From Chloroflexota bacterium (GTDB lineage: Bacteria > Chloroflexota > UBA11872 > VXOZ01), in contig CAXXVD010000004.1 of assembly GCA_963662335.2 (NCBI GenBank), positions 128,001-192,000 of the forward strand: a stretch of 64,000 bases of DNA, written 5' to 3'. This document shows positions 20,657-28,110 of the stretch, piece after piece. Both the position numbers and the translations under genes were made by a program. The notes below the pieces were generated by a model. That model ran no database searches. It was given only the letters and a program-made list of their open reading frames with translations, and was not told the DNA's origin. Position 1 is the stretch's first letter. The number at the start of each line of letters is the position of its first letter.

Positions 20657-20971
20657 ATGTCGCGTCCGGTCCCCTACATCCAGGACTGCGCCGACGGCTG
20701 CGAGTTAACCATCCTCGCCAGACCGCGCGCGCGCCGCACGGAATTCGCCGGTACCCACGACGGCGCGCTGTGCGTGCGCGTGCACGCGCCGCCCATAGGC
20801 GGCAAGGCAAATGCCGAGTTGATTGGGTTTCTGGCACAGGAGCTTGGCGTGCCCAAAGCGGCGGTTGCCGTACGGCGCGGCGCTGCCTCGCGCCGCAAAG
20901 TGGTGACAGTGCGCGGCCGTTCCGCTGCCGCTGCGGCGCGCCGCATCTCGTCGATGCGGCAAGGAGCGTAG
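20657..20971 (+). CDS. DUF167 (YggU) family protein
   Basis: APPIGGKANAELI, GAASRRK; follows yggT. Confidence 0.88.
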   Translation: MSRPVPYIQDCADGCELTILARPRARRTEFAGTHDGALCVRVHAPPIGGKANAELIGFLAQELGVPKAAVAVRRGAASRRKVVTVRGRSAAAAARRISSMRQGA

Positions 20972-20974
20972 GAC

Positions 20975-22246
20975 GTGCTACAAACTCCCCGCGGCACCGC
21001 CGACCTCCTGCCCGGCGAGCAACCCTACTGGCGCGACGTTACCGCCCACTTTCAGCGCATCTGCGCCACCTACGGCTATGGCGAAATCCGCACGCCCGTC
21101 TTCGAGGATACCCAGCTTTTCCAGCGCACGGTAGGCGAGGGCACGGACATTGTCGAGAAAGAGATGTACACCTTCGCGGACCGCGGCGGCGACAGCCTCA
21201 CCCTGCGACCGGAAGGCACCGCACCGGTGGTGCGCGCCTATCTGGAGCACGGCATGCACCGGCTGCCGCAGCCGGTCAAGCTCAGCTACGTGGCGTCGAT
21301 CTTTCGCTACGACCGGCCCCAGGCCGGGCGGCTGCGCCAGCACCACCAGTTCGGCATAGAGGCCCTGGGTGAAGCGGAAGCCGGTATCGACGCCGAGGTG
21401 ATTGGGCTGCTCCTGCACCTCTACCGCAGCGTGGGGCTGACCGGCGTCTCCCTGCAACTCAACAGCATTGGCGACGCCGCCTGCCGGCCGCAGTACATCG
21501 CGGAATTGGCGGCGTACTACCGCGGGCACGTGCAGAGCCTGTGCGATAACTGCCAAACGCGCCTGGAACGCAATCCGTTGCGCCTGCTCGATTGCAAAGA
21601 GGATTCGTGCCAGCCGTTCATCGCGAAAGCGCCGCACACGCTGGATAACCTCTGCGGCGATTGTGACGCGCACTTCGGCGTCCTCAAACGCGCGTTAGAG
21701 GCCATGGGCATCAGCTACACGCTGAATCACACGCTGGTGCGCGGCCTGGACTACTACACGCGCACGGTGTTCGAGGTCTGGCCGGAGACGGTGGGACGGC
21801 AGAGCGCCCTGGGCGGCGGCGGGCGTTACGACGGTCTGGCGCGGCAGATCGGCAAACGCGACGTGCCCGGCATTGGCTTCGGCACCGGCATCGAGCGCAT
21901 CATCCTCAACCTCCAGCGCCAGGGGATTGCGCCCGACGATGAGCGGCCGTTTAGCGTCTTCGTGGCGACGCTGGGCGAGCGGGCCGGCGCGTACGGCACG
22001 GGCCTGGTGCACGACCTGCGGCAGCGCAACATCCGCGCCCTCACGACGTACCGGCCGCGCAGCCTCAAGGCGCAACTGCGCCAGGCGGGAAACCAGCAAG
22101 CGGACTACGCCGTGATCATCGGCGACGATGAGTTGGACGCCGGGCAGGCGCTGCTGCGGGATCTGGCCTCTAGCACGCAAGAAAACGTGGCGGCGTCCGA
22201 CCTGGCGGACACCCTCGAACGCCTGCGCGCCGAAAAGACCGGCTGA
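20975..22246 (+). CDS. hisS: Histidine--tRNA ligase
   Basis: PRGTAD, KEMY, LRPEGTA, FRYDRPQAGR, LVRGLDYY, GGGRYDGL. Confidence 0.98.
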   Translation: MLQTPRGTADLLPGEQPYWRDVTAHFQRICATYGYGEIRTPVFEDTQLFQRTVGEGTDIVEKEMYTFADRGGDSLTLRPEGTAPVVRAYLEHGMHRLPQPVKLSYVASIFRYDRPQAGRLRQHHQFGIEALGEAEAGIDAEVIGLLLHLYRSVGLTGVSLQLNSIGDAACRPQYIAELAAYYRGHVQSLCDNCQTRLERNPLRLLDCKEDSCQPFIAKAPHTLDNLCGDCDAHFGVLKRALEAMGISYTLNHTLVRGLDYYTRTVFEVWPETVGRQSALGGGGRYDGLARQIGKRDVPGIGFGTGIERIILNLQRQGIAPDDERPFSVFVATLGERAGAYGTGLVHDLRQRNIRALTTYRPRSLKAQLRQAGNQQADYAVIIGDDELDAGQALLRDLASSTQENVAASDLADTLERLRAEKTG

Positions 22247-22284
22247 GCGCTTGCCGCGCCCCGGCACGCTCCCTCCTAATCTGC

Positions 22285-22367
22285 GTAGCGCGGGGGCTTG
22301 TCCCCCGCTCTTGTCGCGCCCCAGCGTGCTTCTTCACACAAGCGTAGCGCGGGGGCTTGTCCCCCGC
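22285..22367 (+). repeat. Two tandem GTAG-type REP elements
   Basis: GTAGCGCGGGGGCTTGTCCCCCGC at 22285 and 22344. Confidence 0.9.
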
Positions 22368-22511
22368 TGATGTTGCGCCCTGGCGACCACTGCGCTATAT
22401 TCCCGTTGTGAATAGACCTGGCGGCGTCTCCTCTTGCGCCCCGCTCTGGCGGACAGACGAGGCCGCGCGTGGTACAATGGCGGTAACTGTCGCGCAGCCA
22501 TGCGCGCTGCC

Positions 22512-22585
22512 GGGCCACTAGCTCAGTTGGTTAGAGCGCGCCCCTGATAAGGGCGAGGTCTGTGGTTCAAATCCACAGTGGCCCA
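22512..22585 (+). tRNA. tRNA-Ile(GAT); CCA not fully encoded
   Basis: GGGCCAC/GTGGCCC acceptor, loop CTGATAA, T-loop TTCAAAT; upstream TGGTACAAT extended -10. Confidence 0.97.
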
Positions 22586-22677
22586 CCTTCGTTACACGGT
22601 CCGCCAGCGTCCATACGTTAGACTTCCGTTGCCAACACACCTGGCGGCGGTGTCTGGCTGCCCGGTCAGCCGCCCCT

Positions 22678-22753
22678 GGGGATGTAGCTCAGTTGGGAGA
22701 GCACCTCCTTTGCAAGGAGGGGGTCAGGAGTTCGAGTCTCCTCATCTCCACCA
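22678..22753 (+). tRNA. tRNA-Ala(TGC)
   Basis: GGGGATG/CATCTCC acceptor with G3:U70, loop TTTGCAA, encoded CCA. Confidence 0.98.
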
Positions 22754-23343
22754 GTTTGCGCCCGGACTCATCTGAGGAATCGAACTCCATTTCAGCGTAC
22801 GCCATTCCGCTTGGATCGGATCACTAAAGGGCAAGACCCCAGGATTCACCACAGTCGCTTCGTCCCCGCGCGGCGGTGGAGAAACTGCGAGCGCGACGCC
22901 CCGATTCCATCTGTATGAGCCGCCGGTGCAAGGGTAGTTTCCGGTCGATCCTCCTTTCCACCAGAGCAGTCGCCGTTCGGCGCCGCGCTCATTGCCGCTC
23001 GCCTGGTTGATTCCCGAGCGCCACCGGGCGGATTTCGGGGGAACCTTCGCAGCCTCTCCACGGTTCGCCGCGCTTAGTTGCAGTGTATCTCTTTGGCTTC
23101 ACACTCTTTGTCAGATACGGTAGAATGGTGCGGTAGCGGCAATCTGACCACGGTCATCGGCTGCGCCCGTACACTGCACCGACCCGTGTGGCCGCTTGCC
23201 GCCTCGCCGCTGCGAGCTAGACGCCGTAGTACGCGCAACGTTCACAACGGAATTTCCGCGCGACAATTGCGGCGCGTAGACATCGTCACTGGAGCCGAGC
23301 GGCCTGGTCAACGCAAGCCACATCTAAGGAGGGGAGCGCTGCG

Positions 23344-25113
23344 ATGCGAACCGAGCAAGAACTGTATCCAAAGACCAGCCGTATGGGACTGATTGCCAGT
23401 CAAGTACGCAAAGGCCTCGGCGTTTCGTTCTTGCTCCTGGCCTTGGCATCCCTCGTCACACTTGCCGGCGCCTGCGGCTACTACCCTACCGCGATCTCCA
23501 TGCCCACGGCGACTCCGGCTCCCGAACCTGCGGCAGTTCCCGATCCCCAGGATGAAGCCGACGCCCTCACCCGCGCCTACGTGGAGAAGGCGATTGAACG
23601 CTATGTGCGCGAGGGGCTTGAGGCGACGGTCGCATTCTACAACAGCGAAGAGAGCGTAGAGGGCGAGCGGTACTTGACGTTGCTCCGCCAGGAAGACGGC
23701 ACTTCCCTGGCCATGCCATACTTCCAATACGCATTGGGAACCAGGCTCAAAGCCTTTGACATATACCTGGAGGCGGCTACGGCTGAGGGAATCTGGCTTG
23801 ATCACCGGGGAATGCTCTCGTCCCGATCCGCCGCTGGCGAGAACATCCTCAGGGTAGAGCCGCTGAGGAGTTTCGTCATTCTGCGCGACGGCCTGGTTTT
23901 CGTATCCAGACACTCCGTATTGCACGAGAACGTGGCGGAAGCCACCCAGGACTACGTGAGCCGCGCGATCGCTCTCTACCAGAGCGACGGGCTTGACGCG
24001 ACGGTTGCCTTCTACAACAGCCAGCAGAGCCTGGAGGGGCACTTCTACCTGTTCCTCATCGGCGCGGACGACAACTATCTGGCGCATCCGATATTCCCGC
24101 ACCTGATTGGCACTGACGTAAAGGACGTTGTGGGTTCGGACGGCCAGGAATTGGGGAAGGAGATAGCGCAAGCGACGGAGGACGGGATTTGGGTTGAATA
24201 CCTGTGGCCCAATCCGGTGACCCGGGTAGAGGAGCCGAAGACCACCTGGGCGGTCCGGCACGATGGGCTGATATTCGCTTCGGGCTACTACACATCCGTC
24301 GAGGAGGCGGTTTCGCCAGCCTGGGAGGGCGCGGACCCGCGCGAATACACGGTGGATTACGTGAACCGCGCGATAGAGCGGTACGAGCGCGACGGCCTTG
24401 AGGCGATGAAGACGTACTACAACAGCGTGGCGAGTTTCGAGGGCGAGTGGTATCTGTTCGCGGTGGACGAAAATGACCTGTACATCGTTCATTCACTCCT
24501 TCCCCGCCTGCTAGGGACGGACATCAAGGACTTGGTTGGATCGGACGGATTCGAACTGGGCAAGGAGTTGGCCAAGGCGACGGAGGAAGGGATCTGGGTG
24601 GAATACCTGTGGCCGCATCCGATTACGCTGCAGGAAGTGCCCAAGGTCGGGTACGCGGTCAGGCGAGACGGGATGATCTTCGCATCGGGCTACTACCCGG
24701 CGCCGGAAGACCCCGCCGCCGACGTGAAAGCCTTTGCGCGGCAGGCAATGGACTACTATGACTCAAATGGGCTGGAGGCGACGGTCGACCACTTCAACAG
24801 CGAGGCGAGCGAAGAGAGTTCCTACAATCTGCTCTTGGTCAGCGGCGAAGGCGAAGTCCTGGCGTTCAAGTTAAGACCGGCGTTGATTGGTCTGAATGTC
24901 GCGTTTCTGCGGGGACCCTTGAAGGGCGAGCCCGTTGGCGAATTGATCATGGAGGCGACGGCGGAAGGCCATTGGATTAGCTTCTTGTGGCAAAGCACAA
25001 TGGCGTCTGACGGTGTGCCCGCCCACGTATGGTCGGTCCGCCACGACGGTCTCGTCTTCTCGGTGTTCTACTTCGGCAATCTGGCAGCGGCGGAGGTAGA
25101 CGACGACGCCTGA
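23344..25113 (+). CDS. Lipoprotein with four tandem Cache-like domains
   Basis: Lipobox LAGAC; four repeats of 'YV.RAI..Y..DGL.AT..FYN...G.W..Y.W.....K....VR.DG.IF.SGY'. Confidence 0.8.
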   Translation: MRTEQELYPKTSRMGLIASQVRKGLGVSFLLLALASLVTLAGACGYYPTAISMPTATPAPEPAAVPDPQDEADALTRAYVEKAIERYVREGLEATVAFYNSEESVEGERYLTLLRQEDGTSLAMPYFQYALGTRLKAFDIYLEAATAEGIWLDHRGMLSSRSAAGENILRVEPLRSFVILRDGLVFVSRHSVLHENVAEATQDYVSRAIALYQSDGLDATVAFYNSQQSLEGHFYLFLIGADDNYLAHPIFPHLIGTDVKDVVGSDGQELGKEIAQATEDGIWVEYLWPNPVTRVEEPKTTWAVRHDGLIFASGYYTSVEEAVSPAWEGADPREYTVDYVNRAIERYERDGLEAMKTYYNSVASFEGEWYLFAVDENDLYIVHSLLPRLLGTDIKDLVGSDGFELGKELAKATEEGIWVEYLWPHPITLQEVPKVGYAVRRDGMIFASGYYPAPEDPAADVKAFARQAMDYYDSNGLEATVDHFNSEASEESSYNLLLVSGEGEVLAFKLRPALIGLNVAFLRGPLKGEPVGELIMEATAEGHWISFLWQSTMASDGVPAHVWSVRHDGLVFSVFYFGNLAAAEVDDDA

Positions 25114-25451
25114 CCTCCGCCTCCCGGGTCGTTATCCCATCACAAAATGAGGTGGGCGCCAGCGATTGCCGGCCGTTCTCCGCGGTGGACTTGCGTTCTC
25201 CGCATCCCGCTCTATCCTGAGGTAAGAACTGAAGAGTCCCACTCGGGCATGTGTGGAATATTCCCCATATGCCCGACCTTGGGCCTCAGCGGTTATGCGC
25301 CAGGCCCATCGCATTGGCCTCCTTACCGTTGGGCTTGCCACCGAAGAGTTGGCAATCGAGTCGCCGCCGTCCAGGTCTTCTTGAGAATCCACCGGCCCGA
25401 TGGGCCTGGCTGGCCTGTCTATGGCCACCAAGATGCGCGGGTCTATACGCC

Positions 25452-26564
25452 ATGCTGAATCTGCCTCATGCCGATGTCGTTGGGAGCCTCATTAGACCAC
25501 CGGAACTCCTCGCCGCGCGCGCGGAATTCGCGGGCGGGCGCATCTCGCCCGCGGCATTCAAGCGCGCCGAGGATGCCGCCGTCGATGGCGCCATTGCCGC
25601 CCAGGAGGAGGCCGGCCTTGAGATCCTCACCGACGGCGAAATACGCCGGCTCTCATTTCAGAGCCAGCTGCCCGAGGCTGTCGCGGGCTTTGGCGAGTTC
25701 GATCTCGACGCGTTTCTCTGGGGCGATTGGCGGGGGGACGAGCGGGTAGGCGACTCGCGCACGGATCGTCCCGCGACCCTAGGTGTCGTCGGTCGCCTCC
25801 AGCGGAAGCGCCACCTGTCGGCGGAGGAGTTCACCTACCTGCGCGGCCGCACCACGCGCCTAGCAAAGGTGACGTTGCCGAGCCCCAGCTTGTTCGCCAA
25901 CTTCTGGTCGCCGGTGAAGTCCGCCGCGGCCTACCCCACACTGGATGCGTTCCTGGCCGACGTCGCGCGGATACTCCGCGAGGAGATCGAAGAGCTGATC
26001 AGGCTGGGGGCGACCTACATCCAACTCGACGCGCCGCACTACCCGCTCGTGCTGGATCCGCAGTGGGCGGCGTTCTACGAGGCGCAGGGGTGGTCCGCGG
26101 CGGACTGGATCGCCCAGGGCGTCGAACTGGACAACGCCGTGATGGACGGTTTCTCGGATGTGGTGTTCGCGTTCCACCTCTGACGCGGCAACCAGGGCGG
26201 CCGGTGGCTGGTCGAAGGCGGTTACGACCGGCTTGTTGAGCCGGTGCTCCGGCGCATACACGCGCAGCGGCTGATGCTGGAATACGACGACCCGCGCTCA
26301 GGCTCGTTCGCGCCGCTGCGCGGCGTGCCCGACGACAAGCTCGTGGCGCTGGGACTGGTCACGACCAAGTCGCCGCGCGCGGAGACCCCAGCCGAACTTG
26401 CGTCTCGCATCGCCGAGGCCGCCCGCCACTTCCCGCTCGAGCAACTCGCCATCAGTCCGCAGTGCGGGTTCGGCTCATCCATCGTCGGCAATCCTCTCTC
26501 GATCGAGCAGCAGAACGCAAAACTGCGCCTCGTCGCCGAGACCGCCCGCAACGTTTGGGGGTAA
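25452..26564 (+). CDS. Cobalamin-independent methionine synthase II (MetE C-terminal-like) family protein, probable selenoprotein (in-frame TGA at 26181-26183)
   Basis: ADVVGSLIRP, TDGEIRR, YIQLDAP, FHL-[TGA]-RGN at the H-x-C-RGN Zn site, then in frame LEYDDPRSG and SPQCGF. Confidence 0.85.
26184..26212 (+). promoter_or_regulatory. Candidate bacterial SECIS element
   Basis: CGGCC-GGT-GGCTG hairpin (alternative ACCAG/CTGGT pairing), G-starting loop 19 nt after the UGA. Confidence 0.55.
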
Positions 26565-26841
26565 ACGTCCTCGCCATGTTTGCCAGCGACCCCCAGGGGT
26601 CCCTTCCTCGGTCCGTATAGCGGCCTTGCTAACGACCGTCCACACCCGTGACCCATAGTTTCTTGAACTGCCAACCAGAGCGGAGCAATGAAATACACTC
26701 GTACGGTATACCCCGCCTTCTATTCTCCCTTTTCTGGTATTGCATTGTTTCATGCATCGCCGGTCCAATTTCCCAGTGGCCCTCCACCAAGAGCAGCGCC
26801 GGCACTTAGTAGCCAGCGCCCTGTTATACTAGCCGTCGCAC

Positions 26842-26917
26842 TGGGATGTAGCTCAGTTGGGAGAGCACCTCTTTGTAGAAGAGGGGATCAGGAGTTCGAG
26901 TCTCCTCGTCTCCACCA
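26842..26917 (+). tRNA. tRNA-Ala-derived 76-nt tRNA with GTA anticodon (G3:U70 kept, U1.C72 mismatch); functional status unknown
   Basis: Near copy of 22678-22753; stem CCTCT/AGAGG around TT-GTA-GA; encoded CCA; TGTTATACT extended -10 at 26822-26830. Confidence 0.75.
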
Positions 26918-27069
26918 ATTTGCATCTGAGACTTGAGGGGGGACTCGGACTCCTGACCTGCGGGTCGCCGTGTGCGGGCAAGCAGGTTAGTTTTGCCGGA
27001 TCAGTCGGTGAGGCTGATGACGTGGAGCAGGACCGTATGTCCACTTCCATTCAATCAACGGCTGCTTTG

Positions 27070-28035
27070 TCAATCTACCACCTGGTACTTGGCAGGCAAG
27101 TTACTGGGACTGTAGGGGTTGCCGGAATTCTCCATGCGTCTGGGCACGCTCGAATGAATCTTCGCCGATTCGGGAATGCGCCGCTGTACCGGACGCCAGA
27201 CGCGCCACATGCCTCGTCGGGACTCCTGGATTGCGCCTAGTGGATCCGGATTAAGGCTGTCCTCCCAACCATTTCTCAAGCGCAGCCCTTTGTCCCGCGC
27301 GTTCTCCAACATCCACTTTAGTGAAATGTCCGATATTCTAGGATCAGGATGCGACCCGCCCACGTCGGAATGGAAGCCCGGGAACCAGACTTGCTCTATG
27401 ATCTGGCGCTCACTCCTGCGACTCTCGTTCCAAAGGCTCACAGGGAAGTGTCTGCGTCGTTCGTCGATTGAGACCGCTTGGTAGCCATAGGTCACGTCCT
27501 CGTTCAGGACGGTATCGAAGAACTTCCTCCCCCAAAACCAGCCCATAGAACCGACGGTGTCCCATACACCAATGAAGTAAGGCTTGCATTCGTGGCAGTA
27601 CGTTTCCTTGAACCCGGCGGCAATATCGTGATTGTCACGTCTGTTGTAAATCTTCGTAGCGTATGGAATGAGATTGTTGCTGCCCTTTTGCAGCAGGCCG
27701 CACTTGTGCAACATGCCCGCGAGCGCGCGAACCGTAAAGGCTCCTCTACTGAATCCGAAGAGGAACACCCTATCCCCCGCTTCATACCGGTCCATTAGGT
27801 ATCTGTAGGCATCCTCCACGTTCTGCTGCAGACCCGCGCCAAAGGCTTTGCCCAACAGGATACCCACTCGGCGGCCGGCTTCCCGCCCCAAGAAACTGAA
27901 GGTTCCGACACCAGGGTCGTAGAAGGCGATCTGATCCGAATCGCGTACGACGCGCTGGTACAGCTTGACCACGTTGGTACTGTTGCGACTATGTTCAGCC
28001 CCGGTCCCGTCACAGCAGATGACGATGTTCTTCAT
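27070..28035 (-). CDS. DUF2235 (Tle1-like) alpha/beta hydrolase
   Basis: CCDGT, YDPGVGT, FGFSRGA, GVWDTV, VWFPGFHSDVGG. Confidence 0.92.
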   Translation of the reverse strand: MKNIVICCDGTGAEHSRNSTNVVKLYQRVVRDSDQIAFYDPGVGTFSFLGREAGRRVGILLGKAFGAGLQQNVEDAYRYLMDRYEAGDRVFLFGFSRGAFTVRALAGMLHKCGLLQKGSNNLIPYATKIYNRRDNHDIAAGFKETYCHECKPYFIGVWDTVGSMGWFWGRKFFDTVLNEDVTYGYQAVSIDERRRHFPVSLWNESRRSERQIIEQVWFPGFHSDVGGSHPDPRISDISLKWMLENARDKGLRLRNGWEDSLNPDPLGAIQESRRGMWRVWRPVQRRIPESAKIHSSVPRRMENSGNPYSPSNLPAKYQVVD

Positions 28036-28110
28036 GCGGCTCTTCCAACGCGGGGGACCGATATGTCGTGTCTCGCGATCATAGAGCGGGTGCTTCTACT
28101 TGTCCCCAGG

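Noticed and set aside
22790-23340. Coding potential in the gap after tRNA-Ala
   Set aside because: Only short motif-less ORFs; contains a likely -10 (TAGAAT) for the Cache gene.
25114-25451. SAM or cobalamin riboswitch before the MetE-like gene
   Set aside because: No recognisable consensus on the sense strand; a B12-box-like AGAAGACCTG appears only antisense and without the rest of the motif.
25251-26564. Treating the MetE-like locus as two genes or a nonsense pseudogene
   Set aside because: Single in-frame TGA exactly at the conserved Cys, both halves intact, and a SECIS-like hairpin follows; readthrough is more parsimonious, though unproven.
26842-26917. Calling this an ordinary tRNA-Tyr
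   Set aside because: The body is nearly identical to tRNA-Ala, has G3:U70 and lacks the long variable arm of bacterial tRNA-Tyr.
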